Shown: positions 19,707 to 29,945 of the stretch, one piece after another
Numbering within the stretch: position 1 is the stretch's first letter
Layout: the number at the start of each line of letters is the position of its first letter
Virus record (IMG/VR): IMGVR_UViG_3300022890_000014
Span: 64,001 to 128,000 of that record
Direction: 5' to 3' (one strand)
DNA length: 64,000 nt
Origin: a virus
Made by a program: the position numbers and the translations under genes
The notes under the pieces: model-generated
Database searches by the model: none
What the model saw: the letters and a program-made list of their open reading frames with translations, nothing else
What the model was told of the DNA's origin: nothing

Positions 19707-20306
19707 ATGAAACTAATAGTTGTGGAGGGTGTGAGAGGAGTTGGCAAGGATACATTTGCTGAAGTTCTCGCAGATGAGCTTCGCTCAGAAGGTGTCAATG
19801 TAATAATGTCAACTGAGCCTACTGAGGGCTTATATGGAGGGAGAGCTTTATTCAGAACTTCAAGAGGCTACAATGATGTTGAGACATCACTCTTGTTCTT
19901 CCTTGATAGAAAAACTCACATAGAAGACCTAAAAAAGATATGTCCACCGGATGGGATAGCAATCATCGTAAGGTACTCACTCAGTACATATGTATATCAG
20001 GATGATAAAAGTCTTACCGAGATGTTGCACAAAAGAATAGACAAGCCCGATTTCACTGTTCTGCTTGATTCAGATTTTGATACGTGGAAAGGAATCAACT
20101 CACGAAGCTCTAGTACAGGAGACAGAGCAAAACTTCGCTCAAGTGACATGGACGAAGAGAGATACACAAAGTATCGCAAGCTGTACATGGATGGTGTTAA
20201 ATCTCCGAACTTAACCAAAAAATATGTTGTCATTAATGCCTTCAACGATGTTAGCAAGATGGTTGAGAAGGTATGGGTTGACATGCTAGAACTAATAGGA
20301 AAGTAA
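19707..20306 (+). CDS. tmk: thymidylate kinase-like
   Basis: IVVEGVRGVGKDT P-loop, TEPT, RYSLSTYVYQ, KPDFTVLLD. Confidence 0.8.
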   Translation: MKLIVVEGVRGVGKDTFAEVLADELRSEGVNVIMSTEPTEGLYGGRALFRTSRGYNDVETSLLFFLDRKTHIEDLKKICPPDGIAIIVRYSLSTYVYQDDKSLTEMLHKRIDKPDFTVLLDSDFDTWKGINSRSSSTGDRAKLRSSDMDEERYTKYRKLYMDGVKSPNLTKKYVVINAFNDVSKMVEKVWVDMLELIGK

Positions 20307-20636
20307 ATGGTTGCACTAGATAAGTTTGCTGAAGAGAAAAGCAGAGCATTAATGTTGGCAAAGTCTAGTATCACCCAGGAAGCTGGTAATAAAAAGGTGA
20401 TGACTAGTCTGGAATCAGCTATTCATAATGTATTAGCAAAGAAACCATCGTCACATATTTGCATACCAAGCTTCATGTCTGGTATAGCCATACATGCCAA
20501 GGATGAAGAACTGGTAACAGCAAAGAAAGTTATCGGACCACTCATACACGACATGATTGATAGAGGTCATATCAAAAGACATGATACTATCGATGCATAC
20601 GTTAGAGGGTATAAGTTTATAGACTGGGAAATCTAA
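20307..20636 (+). CDS. hypothetical protein
   Basis: Adjacent ORF in the same operon. Confidence 0.65.
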   Translation: MVALDKFAEEKSRALMLAKSSITQEAGNKKVMTSLESAIHNVLAKKPSSHICIPSFMSGIAIHAKDEELVTAKKVIGPLIHDMIDRGHIKRHDTIDAYVRGYKFIDWEI

Positions 20637-20702
20637 GCTCAAACCGTGTGTGTTCTCTGTGCGTAAGCCTTACGCACTAACTTTTTTTTCAAGGAGAAAC
20701 TA

Positions 20703-21917
20703 ATGACAGCTGTATCTGAGTTCTTAGAGAAATACAAAGACTTTACTCCGTGGAGTACCACCAAGATCGCTGCAACTCAATGCCCCTATTATACAAACAA
20801 GGTGACATCACTAGGACATGGAGACACCTTTAAAGACCTTGATGTTGTAAATGTGTTTGCGAATGAGTATCTTGAAGGTGGACTAACTGTACATGACATG
20901 ATGGAAAACTGGAATCGACATCATGTATACGGTGATAGACTTAAAACTGCTGGCGAAATGCTTGCCAGTAAGAAGCTCTCCACCGATGAGATGTTGTTGT
21001 GCTCTAGACAGTACAAAAAGACAAAGAACCACTTCCAGTACAATGAAGATGGTACTCCGAAGTTCGATGGTGGCAAGGTCTTACTTATCGAAGAGTACGT
21101 CGGTTTAGATAAGGACGGCAATCCAACAACCAATCCAGATGAGGTATTCTTCGGAGGAACTATGGATCTTGTCCAAGGTGAGCAGGACGGCGAGATCCTG
21201 ATCACTGATTATAAAAGACAGTTCAACATCCTGTCCGAGACTGACATCGCTAAGAAGTTCCAAACAAAAGTGTACTTGTGTATCTTAGCAAGAATGTTCA
21301 ACGCCACCAAGGTCACATTCCGAATGTACTTCCTTCGATGGAATACATGGAGAGATGTCTCTGTATCTGGCATCGAAGCTGCATTGTGGTGGGATGAGAT
21401 CTGTGATGTTGCTGAAGCAAGACAAAGCCTGATAGAGACGTGGAAAGACAATCCAATCGCAATCCCTGGAGACTTCTGCTCATTATGCTTCTTTGCCAAC
21501 GAGTGCCCTGCGTTGTCTCTTGATTCTTCGGAAACAGGAGTTATTAGAAACTCTGTCGATGCAAGCATAGCTGCTGGTCTTCTTCTCATTGGAAAGAAGC
21601 GTGTCTCTGAGGGTGAAAGACTTCTCAAGGCTTGGTGTTCCAACAATGGTAATGTGCAAATAGGAGACTCATACTTTGGGTATCATGTGTCTGAGAATCC
21701 TTCTTGGAATGTTACTAATCATGAAGAGTTTGACAAGATTGTCTCTGGTCAAAACAGTAAGCCTCAAGCATACAAGAACTACAAGAGCGATAAGCTAAAA
21801 TCAATCATGAAAAAGGCAGAAAAGGAAGCTGCAAAAGGAAAGCCAGAACTTCTATCAAGTCTATCAGAGCATGTGAATCCATTCTACAAAACCACATTCA
21901 AAGCTAAAAAGGCGTAG
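20703..21917 (+). CDS. PD-(D/E)xK exonuclease, Cas4/RecB-like with Fe-S cysteines
   Basis: QCPY, GTMDLV, ITDYK, QTKVY, CSLCFFANECP. Confidence 0.85.
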   Translation: MTAVSEFLEKYKDFTPWSTTKIAATQCPYYTNKVTSLGHGDTFKDLDVVNVFANEYLEGGLTVHDMMENWNRHHVYGDRLKTAGEMLASKKLSTDEMLLCSRQYKKTKNHFQYNEDGTPKFDGGKVLLIEEYVGLDKDGNPTTNPDEVFFGGTMDLVQGEQDGEILITDYKRQFNILSETDIAKKFQTKVYLCILARMFNATKVTFRMYFLRWNTWRDVSVSGIEAALWWDEICDVAEARQSLIETWKDNPIAIPGDFCSLCFFANECPALSLDSSETGVIRNSVDASIAAGLLLIGKKRVSEGERLLKAWCSNNGNVQIGDSYFGYHVSENPSWNVTNHEEFDKIVSGQNSKPQAYKNYKSDKLKSIMKKAEKEAAKGKPELLSSLSEHVNPFYKTTFKAKKA

Positions 21918-21919
21918 CC

Positions 21920-22453
21920 ATGAAGAAAGCTCCCATCAACAAACTTCTTGTGCTAGGTGATAACGTTCTTGTCAGAGTGGTTCCACCAAAAAAGGTTTTG
22001 TCTTACGGTATCATCATTCCTGGCGAGATTGACGATACTACTCTCTCTCATTCAAGATGTGTTCAGATTATAGCTATCGGTGAAGGCAAGCGCGTTAAGT
22101 ATAAAACTGACAAGCTGTGGGTCGAAGGAACTCACAGATGGAGAGATGTAGTTCATGAGTTGCCAGCAGGCAAGCCAAGCAAGAAATATGTTGAAGCATT
22201 AGAGGTTGGCAAATTCTACATCATGGCACATCCTTTCTGTGCCAATGTACGCATTGAAGTGCGCACTGTTCCAGAAGCTATTGCGAAACTCTTTCATGAT
22301 GATGAAGTCAACGTTGTTGATGGTGTGAAAGAATACAGTGTCGGAATACTCCAAGCCAACGAGTTAACACTTGCTATTGAACTCGAAGAGTGCGAGACTG
22401 AACACCATATCATGCAATACGTAGAGTACGGAAAACAAATATCTATAGGATAG
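21920..22453 (+). CDS. GroES-like co-chaperonin
   Basis: LGDNVLVR...GIIIP...IIAIGEGK. Confidence 0.65.
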   Translation: MKKAPINKLLVLGDNVLVRVVPPKKVLSYGIIIPGEIDDTTLSHSRCVQIIAIGEGKRVKYKTDKLWVEGTHRWRDVVHELPAGKPSKKYVEALEVGKFYIMAHPFCANVRIEVRTVPEAIAKLFHDDEVNVVDGVKEYSVGILQANELTLAIELEECETEHHIMQYVEYGKQISIG

Positions 22454-22457
22454 TGCT

Positions 22458-22889
22458 ATGAGCATTGTGAGGTCTGATGCTATGACTCTGTTGAGGTTGG
22501 CTTTTAGTAAGATGTTGTGGATTTATGTATGCAGTATCACCAGAGATAAAGATGAGAGAGTTGAGATACATTCTCATACACTACATACAATAGATCATAT
22601 GTGCGCGAACAGGTATTCTATACCGAACAAAGTATGGACCAGGAGAGATGCAAAGAGAGTTCTTACATACATTGAGAATATAATGCCTGAGAAGAAACGG
22701 CATCTTCTTGATCAGGCTATAGCAAAAATTGATTCAGAGGATGTAACTTTTGAGAGGAAGTCAGATCTTCACGAATCCAGAGAAAACAAATCTGTTGACA
22801 AATCGTATGAATTGAGAGATCATACAAAGGTAGCATACGGAATCACCGCTGAATCGATAAGAAAAGAGATAGGCACCTGTTCTAAGTAG
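22458..22889 (+). CDS. hypothetical protein
   Basis: ORF in operon. Confidence 0.65.
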   Translation: MSIVRSDAMTLLRLAFSKMLWIYVCSITRDKDERVEIHSHTLHTIDHMCANRYSIPNKVWTRRDAKRVLTYIENIMPEKKRHLLDQAIAKIDSEDVTFERKSDLHESRENKSVDKSYELRDHTKVAYGITAESIRKEIGTCSK

Positions 22890-22916
22890 AGGCTGTCTGT
22901 CATAAAAACATTAATT

Positions 22917-22946
22917 TGCGGAGTTAGCACCTTCGCATTTTTTTTT
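22917..22946 (+). terminator. probable rho-independent terminator
   Basis: TGCGGAG...CTTCGCA stem plus long T run. Confidence 0.55.
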
Positions 22947-22957
22947 AGGAGATACTA

Positions 22958-23353
22958 ATGAGAAAAGGATCAGTAAGCACCAAGAGAGAGCTTAAACAAA
23001 ACGTCCAAGGCAAGTGGAGAGAAAAGACTATCCATGAGCATGCTCACGATGGCATCTCATTTATTCTCAAGAAGCTCAACGAAGAAGATGGCGTACAGTA
23101 TCATCTGTGCAGAGAGAAAGAGACAGTCGAAGGTAAGCCTGAAACTGCGAAATACATGAACCAGTTCACTGTAAATGGTGATGAGAAAGCTATGTCTGTA
23201 ACTGGTAACGCTGTTGTATCTTGGTTCGATATGGAAGGCAATCATCACGATAGAAAAACCAAAGTCACATACAAGTTTACTGGGTATATAGGAAGAGATA
23301 ATCTGCATCAGAACACACTGATAGTAGAAGAATACGAAGTCGATGGAATCTAG
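22958..23353 (+). CDS. hypothetical protein
   Basis: AGGAG RBS. Confidence 0.75.
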   Translation: MRKGSVSTKRELKQNVQGKWREKTIHEHAHDGISFILKKLNEEDGVQYHLCREKETVEGKPETAKYMNQFTVNGDEKAMSVTGNAVVSWFDMEGNHHDRKTKVTYKFTGYIGRDNLHQNTLIVEEYEVDGI

Positions 23354-23411
23354 TGTTTGCGTAAGCCTTACGCATGGACTGATATAACTTTTTTAGCATG
23401 GAGAATGTCAA

Positions 23412-24479
23412 ATGATTAGGTCAGAGGTTGTTATTAGTAATTGTTCCGTCAAAGAAAACAAGGGTGGCGGCAAGTGGTATCTTCAAGGCAAGCTAAAACG
23501 GGTCGGAGAAGACGTTCTGGACTTCAAGTTCTGGGACTACAGAGATCCCGAAGATGCTAGTCAAGAGCCAAAAGCAGCGAAAGATGGTTTCTATCTCGTA
23601 GAGTTCAAGATTGATCAATGGAAAGGAATAAATCAGGCTGTCATAAGCGCGATGAAGGAGACTGAGCATCCAAGTCAAGAGCTTAGAAATTGCGCAGTCG
23701 TGAAGCCTATAGCAGATATAGACATCGAGGATGTTTTAAAGAGGCTTTCATTCTACATTTCGTCTATAGAGAATGAGGCGATAAAAGACCTAGTGAAGAT
23801 GTGTCTTTCTGTGTCAGTTTTTGACTGGGACTCAAAATGGGAGCCTGAAGATATAGTTGATGTGCTTACCAGCGGTCCATCAAAATTCACAGAAATGTGG
23901 GGGGCACGAAGCCCTGGTCATCATTCGTACACCGGCGGGTGGCTTGTACATACATACGAGGTTCTTGATGGGGCAATGGGAATACTTAGTGCATCAGGCA
24001 GGATTTCTGAATTTCACAGATCTGCAACTGCTATTCCTGCTCCAATGAAGGATGCAACGATAGCCTCTGCTATCTTACATGACATTGGCAAGTTTTTCGA
24101 GTACGATATATCAAGTGGTATGTCCTGTAAGAGATCTGACGTAGGAGACTTACATTCTGGACATCTATTCTTATCGGTTCGTGTCATAGATAGAGTAATT
24201 GATATGATAGACAATCTAAGAAATTCATCAGCAGGCTCATTAAGAAGTGGCGCAACTGGAGAAGTGATTGAGCATATCATGCATGCGGTAGCTTCGCATC
24301 ATGGATTGGATGGTAATCCAGAGTCCTCACCAAGAACTATACCTGCCATATGCCTACACCACGCAGATGCCGCAACCTCGTCCATTACAAAAATCAAAGA
24401 CAATATCTTTGAAGCCGAAGGAGGAAGAAAGAAACACTTTGGAGAAATGCTTGTTAAGATGAATGCAGGTTTATATTAA
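23412..24479 (+). CDS. YhaM/Cbf1-like OB-fold + HD-domain 3'-5' exonuclease
   Basis: HHSYTGGWLVHT, LHDIGK..EY, SHHG, LHHAD. Confidence 0.85.
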   Translation: MIRSEVVISNCSVKENKGGGKWYLQGKLKRVGEDVLDFKFWDYRDPEDASQEPKAAKDGFYLVEFKIDQWKGINQAVISAMKETEHPSQELRNCAVVKPIADIDIEDVLKRLSFYISSIENEAIKDLVKMCLSVSVFDWDSKWEPEDIVDVLTSGPSKFTEMWGARSPGHHSYTGGWLVHTYEVLDGAMGILSASGRISEFHRSATAIPAPMKDATIASAILHDIGKFFEYDISSGMSCKRSDVGDLHSGHLFLSVRVIDRVIDMIDNLRNSSAGSLRSGATGEVIEHIMHAVASHHGLDGNPESSPRTIPAICLHHADAATSSITKIKDNIFEAEGGRKKHFGEMLVKMNAGLY

Positions 24480-24502
24480 AATTTTAGAGTGGAGAATACA
24501 TT

Positions 24503-25219
24503 ATGAAGAATAGAGTAGGTGGCCTAACCATAAATCGCAAAACGATAGTGGCTACTCTTTTCTTAAGCTTTGTTGCTATAGCTATCCCATTTTTGTATGT
24601 GTATGCAGCAGATACAAAAGCTGCTAGAACGATAAAGCATATTAAAGATACTATGACTGTAGAGTATATCGTTGCTGTAGTCGTAGCATCGTATGTAATT
24701 ATTACCTTCTTCCTTGAGTTCTTTAAGAAGATGGGATGGGTAAAAAGCAAGGCTGATTCACAGACTGGAGATATTTTTGAACTAAAGAACGTTTTGATGC
24801 CCAAAGGAATTGACTTTAAAAAAACAGAGATAGGTGCTATAATAAAGCGCAGTGAAGATGTTGAGGATGCAGTAAAAGATATTGCTTCTCTTCTACACAG
24901 CTTGTCCTCTGTTAAAGAAGACTGCAAAGAGATAAAGTCAAGACTAGAGGGGTGTGATGAGCACTATAGGAAAACCTCAAGGGTATACGATCTTCTGGAG
25001 ACAGATGTAGGTTCAACTCCTAAATTCTGGTGTTCTGGTCATGACAAGTTAGAAGCTGATAGCGATAGCCTTATAGTGCTATTGAAAGATCTAACTTCAA
25101 GGGTTGATGTTATGACCGAGAGCATAGAGAAGAATCAAGAAATCCAGAGGATGTATGTTCAGAATCAATCATCAATGACAGCTTTACTTGAACTTATCCT
25201 TCAGAAGAAAGCTGTGTAA
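24503..25219 (+). CDS. membrane protein (two hydrophobic segments plus coiled coil)
   Basis: Two hydrophobic stretches near the N-terminus. Confidence 0.65.
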   Translation: MKNRVGGLTINRKTIVATLFLSFVAIAIPFLYVYAADTKAARTIKHIKDTMTVEYIVAVVVASYVIITFFLEFFKKMGWVKSKADSQTGDIFELKNVLMPKGIDFKKTEIGAIIKRSEDVEDAVKDIASLLHSLSSVKEDCKEIKSRLEGCDEHYRKTSRVYDLLETDVGSTPKFWCSGHDKLEADSDSLIVLLKDLTSRVDVMTESIEKNQEIQRMYVQNQSSMTALLELILQKKAV

Positions 25220-25239
25220 CTATCCCTGGAGTACAGAGA

Positions 25240-25437
25240 ATGCAACGAACACTGGATGCCACTGGAATGTTTAGTTTGGTCTCTAGCACATCTGACAAAC
25301 TGGACAAGCTAATGGAGAAGCATCTTCCAATTAACAGCCAAACAAGACGGAAGATAGTACTCTCGCCAAAGAGTGTTCCTTCTGGCAGCAAAAACCTTTC
25401 GCGTAAGGCTTACGCAGGAAAAGAAAACGGAGAATGA
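25240..25437 (+). CDS. small hypothetical protein
   Basis: GGAG upstream; in-frame palindrome (RKAYA). Confidence 0.45.
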   Translation: MQRTLDATGMFSLVSSTSDKLDKLMEKHLPINSQTRRKIVLSPKSVPSGSKNLSRKAYAGKENGE

Positions 25438-25438
25438 T

Positions 25439-25882
25439 ATGAGCGGTTCCAAAAAGTTTGCAAGCAAGAGAAGCGGAAATATCTCGGCAAAAGGTCCGAG
25501 AACAACTACAGATAGTGACCAGACCAGAATTGAGAGACAAAAGAAGTCTGTCAAGTTATCTGAGAAGGCATATATCTGCGATCAGTGTGGAGGCAAAGGA
25601 ACATTGATGCTTCCTGAGTTCCGAAAGGAAGACGAGGGGGTAATATGGTTCCTGAAGCTCAAGAAAGCTCTTGCTTGCAAGCCTGATGGATGGAACTTAT
25701 TCATGACGGGAAAGGATATTATTGTTATAAGAGATCCAGAGAATGTAAATGAACCTTTAGATGTCTCTGGATTACGTCTCAATCTAGGTCAAATCATAGC
25801 ATATGAATCTGCTGCTCTTGACCTAGGCATAGACCTTCCAGACATGGAACAACCAGAGGAGGGCGAACCTTCTGCTGAATAG
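25439..25882 (+). CDS. hypothetical protein with CxxC
   Basis: GGAG before ATG 25439; CDQCGG. Confidence 0.7.
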   Translation: MSGSKKFASKRSGNISAKGPRTTTDSDQTRIERQKKSVKLSEKAYICDQCGGKGTLMLPEFRKEDEGVIWFLKLKKALACKPDGWNLFMTGKDIIVIRDPENVNEPLDVSGLRLNLGQIIAYESAALDLGIDLPDMEQPEEGEPSAE

Positions 25883-25890
25883 GAGTTGCC

Positions 25891-27705
25891 TTGAAGAAAT
25901 TCATAGATGGACTAACCGAAGAACAGAAAGCCCCGATTGAGAACTATCAGGGTGGTCCAACAAGGATAACAGCGATACCTGGTTCTGGAAAGACAAGAAC
26001 CTTAGTAGCACTAGCTGCTTTCCTTTGGGATAAATATGGAGGAACTAAAAGCAATCCAAAGACAAGGCTGATAACCTTCACGACAAAAGCTGCGAACGAA
26101 GCAAGAGAAAGACTAACCCTCCTGTGTGGACCTAAAGTTCTAAACTCCGTAACAAATTTTCATCAGCTAGCAAGCAGAATATATAGGTCTAGCAAACCTG
26201 ATTATTTCTGGCCGTCAGATTGCACATATACGGCTAACTCCATAGATAAGACTGTATACAACATGCTAATGGAGAAGTATGATTTAGACCTAGACAAGAA
26301 CGAAGTCAATAGGAAATGGAGCGAAACAGTAAATGGAATAGCGTCTATAGAAGAAGCTGAGAATGAGTTTATGTTCTGCGGGTCAGAAGAATCACAGATA
26401 ATATACGAGATGTTGCAAATATATAAGAAGAAAAAGATACTTCCGCTTGACCTACTAGTTCCTCTCGCCGTGTCACTACTCCGAAGAAGCTCAAGGCAAA
26501 CATGTGAATACCTACTAGTTGATGAGTTTCAAGATTCAAACAAATCACAAATGGAGTTCTGCAAGCTATTACTAGGTAATAGCAACAATATTATTGTAGC
26601 TGGTGACAAGAACCAGAGTATCTACCAATGGAGAGGAGCAAGACCAGAGAACATTGGCTATGAGTTTGAGAAGAGATACAAGGGTTTTAGTTCCTATATG
26701 TTAACGAAAAACTTCCGTTCCACGCCAATCATTCTATCTGCTGCTAAAGGTGTGCTTGAGCAGCTACATGAAGATGTGCCTCAACATGTAGCACATAGTA
26801 CAGACTGTAGTGGAAAGATATACTTTTCAGAGCCATACGGGATGAAAGAGGAGGCTTCTTTGGTATCTCGCTGGATAAACAAGAAAGTAGCCGAAGGATT
26901 GGAATACAAAGACTTCTACATATTATATAGAATGCATAGCAATATGTACGAAGTTGAAAAGTCCTTGATAAACAATAGAATACCGTATATAATTCATAAA
27001 GGGTCGTCGTTCTTCAATAGGATGGAAGTACTAGATCTTATCGCATACATCAAATGGGCCATAAATCCAAGAGATAGAGAGAGTGCTGAGAGAGTAATCA
27101 ATAAACCGAGGAGAGGTATAGGCAAGGTGACTCTTGGCAAGATAAATCTAAACTACACTGATACTAGTGATTGGCCTAAGAAAGCTATGCCTCTGAATGA
27201 TTTCATGGTAGGTTTAAACTGGTTAATCGAGAACCTATGTGCAGAACCAGACTCTCTTGTCGAAGAATTACTAGAGAAAACTGGACTGTACGAGTTCTAT
27301 GAAAACGACCCTGATAGACAAGACTCAATGATGGCTATCCTTACGATGGCTAAAGAAGCAAAAGAAGCTGGTCTTAGTCCAAAGGAGTTTCTTGACGAAC
27401 TATTCCTGTGTCAACCAGCAGACTCGAACGACGATAACGCTGTCAGGCTTATGACTATGCATTCCGCAAAAGGTCTTGAGTCTAAGGCAGTAATATTAAT
27501 ACATGCCTGCGATGCTATCATCACAGCAGGAGATGAAGAGGAGTGTAATCTTGTATACGTAGCTGTTAGTAGAGCAGAAAAGGAACTGTTAATTTCTAGT
27601 CCACAGGTTGTGTACAGATTTGGTACTCCAATAGTAACAGACAGAACATGCTTTCTAGACCACATAAACAAAGAGACATTTGGAGATAGACTTGAGATAC
27701 TATAG
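25891..27705 (+). CDS. UvrD/PcrA-family SF1 helicase
   Basis: AIPGSGKT, VDEFQD, GDKNQSIYQWRGA, NFRS, TMHSAKGLE, YVAVSRA. Confidence 0.93.
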   Translation: MKKFIDGLTEEQKAPIENYQGGPTRITAIPGSGKTRTLVALAAFLWDKYGGTKSNPKTRLITFTTKAANEARERLTLLCGPKVLNSVTNFHQLASRIYRSSKPDYFWPSDCTYTANSIDKTVYNMLMEKYDLDLDKNEVNRKWSETVNGIASIEEAENEFMFCGSEESQIIYEMLQIYKKKKILPLDLLVPLAVSLLRRSSRQTCEYLLVDEFQDSNKSQMEFCKLLLGNSNNIIVAGDKNQSIYQWRGARPENIGYEFEKRYKGFSSYMLTKNFRSTPIILSAAKGVLEQLHEDVPQHVAHSTDCSGKIYFSEPYGMKEEASLVSRWINKKVAEGLEYKDFYILYRMHSNMYEVEKSLINNRIPYIIHKGSSFFNRMEVLDLIAYIKWAINPRDRESAERVINKPRRGIGKVTLGKINLNYTDTSDWPKKAMPLNDFMVGLNWLIENLCAEPDSLVEELLEKTGLYEFYENDPDRQDSMMAILTMAKEAKEAGLSPKEFLDELFLCQPADSNDDNAVRLMTMHSAKGLESKAVILIHACDAIITAGDEEECNLVYVAVSRAEKELLISSPQVVYRFGTPIVTDRTCFLDHINKETFGDRLEIL

Positions 27706-27730
27706 CTATCTATACTGAATGTAGAAGTAT

Positions 27731-27759
27731 CCTGCTCTATCAAGGGCAGGTATTTTTTT
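27731..27759 (+). terminator. rho-independent terminator
   Basis: CCTGCTCT-ATCA-AGGGCAGG stem-loop plus T run. Confidence 0.7.
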
Positions 27760-27769
27760 AGGAAAAACT

Positions 27770-28132
27770 ATGCCTGATGAAAAGTATATAAGGATAGTAG
27801 GATGCTTAAATGGACTGGACGGTGAGACGCCAGAGCTTCCAGAAGATGAGTGCTTAAATCCTTGCATGTGGAGGATTAATGCACCAGAGTATAACAATTG
27901 TTGCTGGGTTGTATCTGAAACAACAGAGGGGATTAATGATTTAAGAAAGCTTGGAAAGATGACTGGCATGGCTCATGAAAGTGTAAGGATTGTAATAAGG
28001 AATGCTTTAGAGAAGCTACCCAAGAACCTCGAAGAACTAGACGCAGCATGTAAAAAGATAGATGGAGAAGGTGTTAGGGATAGAGTTAGGATTGATAGAT
28101 ACATGAATGATATAATCACAAAACTAATGTAG
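27770..28132 (+). CDS. small protein with sigma70 region-4-like HTH
   Basis: LRKLGKMTGMAHESVRIVIRNALEKL. Confidence 0.6.
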   Translation: MPDEKYIRIVGCLNGLDGETPELPEDECLNPCMWRINAPEYNNCCWVVSETTEGINDLRKLGKMTGMAHESVRIVIRNALEKLPKNLEELDAACKKIDGEGVRDRVRIDRYMNDIITKLM

Positions 28133-28197
28133 TTTGCGGTATAAGCCTTTTACGTGGAGAAACAAATTAATGCGTAAGTCTTACGCAAGGATGTATC

Positions 28198-28704
28198 ATG
28201 GCTAAGATTACTAATGAGAAAATGTTCATGGATTGGTTCTCAAAGAACTTAATCAAAGTATTATCACCAGATTCTAAAGTAAAGAGGTTGTCGGACAGGT
28301 CTTCTTCTGGTTATCCAGACCTAATAATTATTACACCTAGCAATGGTGTTGTTGCTGTTGAACTTAAGTTTATAAAACATGAGCCTTCACCTGGGAAAAG
28401 CCCATTCTCTCATAAACTATCTTCTCTACAGGAGAGGTTTCTGGATGACTGGGGTAAATCATGTGGTGGTAAATCGTTTATGGTTACTGGGGTTCTTGCA
28501 AGAGGAAGCAGTGAAGATAGAATAATAGTTACGAGTCACAATAGATTGGGTGAGCTTAATCTACGAGGCTGTTGCTCCATGAACGAGCTTGGGTTAGTAT
28601 CTGATGTATTCTTTATTGACATTGGTGCTGATATTGCAGCATTAAATGATCCTTTCTATGAAGAAGAATGCTGCAACCTGAGAGCACTACTACTAGGAAT
28701 GTAA
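28198..28704 (+). CDS. VRR-NUC / Holliday-junction-resolvase-like nuclease
   Basis: GYPDLII...AVELK...LSSLQERFL. Confidence 0.75.
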   Translation: MAKITNEKMFMDWFSKNLIKVLSPDSKVKRLSDRSSSGYPDLIIITPSNGVVAVELKFIKHEPSPGKSPFSHKLSSLQERFLDDWGKSCGGKSFMVTGVLARGSSEDRIIVTSHNRLGELNLRGCCSMNELGLVSDVFFIDIGADIAALNDPFYEEECCNLRALLLGM

Positions 28705-28705
28705 A

Positions 28706-29392
28706 ATGGTCAAGGTAAATAAAAAAAGATCTGGGATAGTCAAGCCTGAGAACCTTAGTCCCGCTGAATTTATGAAGTGGAGACATAAGGTTGTAGCAAA
28801 AAGAGGGCAGAGTATATTCAATGATATGGGCATACCTCTACCTGATGAGTTTGAGGAAGTGTCAGAGTATCAACAAGGAGTGTTCAACGATAGTGTTGAG
28901 CAGGCGATCTCCGACAAGTCTAGAGAGATGAGAAGTCAAGATGAGGGAGCACTAGCCAGGAAGGAGTTCGATTTCGTGTCGGAGGACGACTGGTCAACAT
29001 TACAATCGGGTTCTAAGTTTGAAGGCAATCAAGTTAGGTTTAAAGAGTTCAGGGGTAGGAACTACGACATGGAGTATGTTATATCGCCCCCAGATGTAGT
29101 ATGGCATATATTCTATCCATCCAACACTATGATGAATAAAGAAGTCATGATGGAAATACACTCTATACTAAAGCCATTTGTGCCTAGGCAGTGGAGAGTA
29201 TCGTTGTCGTTTGAGAGCAAAGTATCTCCATACTCATCTGCTGTAGAAGGCAGGGGTGATGACGTAATAGAGTGCTGTTCTTACTCAGTGAAGTTCCATG
29301 AGTTAAACCAAGAGCCAGGTGCAGCACATATAATGACTCAGATTCTCAATGAGTTCTTGCAGAAGTTTGTCATGATGGTTCATGCAATATAA
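28706..29392 (+). CDS. hypothetical protein
   Basis: 228-aa ORF in operon. Confidence 0.75.
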   Translation: MVKVNKKRSGIVKPENLSPAEFMKWRHKVVAKRGQSIFNDMGIPLPDEFEEVSEYQQGVFNDSVEQAISDKSREMRSQDEGALARKEFDFVSEDDWSTLQSGSKFEGNQVRFKEFRGRNYDMEYVISPPDVVWHIFYPSNTMMNKEVMMEIHSILKPFVPRQWRVSLSFESKVSPYSSAVEGRGDDVIECCSYSVKFHELNQEPGAAHIMTQILNEFLQKFVMMVHAI

Positions 29393-29693
29393 TAGGAGAG
29401 TAATAGTGACACCGAATATGGAAATAGATGTAGTCACATCATTAACCGCCAGATACTTAAGGGAAGAAGCGGAGGGTAAAAAGCTATGTGGATACGGTTC
29501 TATGCTTAATGGAATGGACACTGTGGTTCGCATAGAGCTTGAGGATGGATACTTGCACAACCCGTGTATAGTATCTGGAATCGAGGAAGTTCCTGGCGGT
29601 TACACATATACAATGGTTCATGCGTTCCGTCCGATAGTATATAGAAATGTTCAGCCAGGACAGTTCAGGATAATGAAAACGTTTGATGCGTAA
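29382..29693 (+). CDS. hypothetical protein
   Basis: ORF ending in a palindrome. Confidence 0.6.
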   Translation: MQYNRRVIVTPNMEIDVVTSLTARYLREEAEGKKLCGYGSMLNGMDTVVRIELEDGYLHNPCIVSGIEEVPGGYTYTMVHAFRPIVYRNVQPGQFRIMKTFDA

Positions 29694-29714
29694 GCCTTAC
29701 GCAGGGGAATAGAA

Positions 29715-29945
29715 ATGCATGACAGTAAAGAAAGGAAAAGGTTGGCTAAGTATGGATTAAACATATACCTAGTAATGTTTGTTGACTGCTCTGACAGCAA
29801 CAACATACTTAAAGAGTGCGTTGTTCAAGAAAGATCAGAATTTGAAGCAAGGATTCGTGCTAAAACACTATTCGATCACGATAGGCACTACTGTCCTAGG
29901 ATTCGCAAAGCTGGCTGCTACAGAATAGAATCATGCGAGGTGTAA
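29715..29945 (+). CDS. hypothetical protein
   Basis: ORF in operon. Confidence 0.6.
   Translation: MHDSKERKRLAKYGLNIYLVMFVDCSDSNNILKECVVQERSEFEARIRAKTLFDHDRHYCPRIRKAGCYRIESCEV

Noticed and set aside
24503-25219. Holin call
   Set aside because: It has hydrophobic segments, but there is no adjacent endolysin or spanin and no family motif I recognise.
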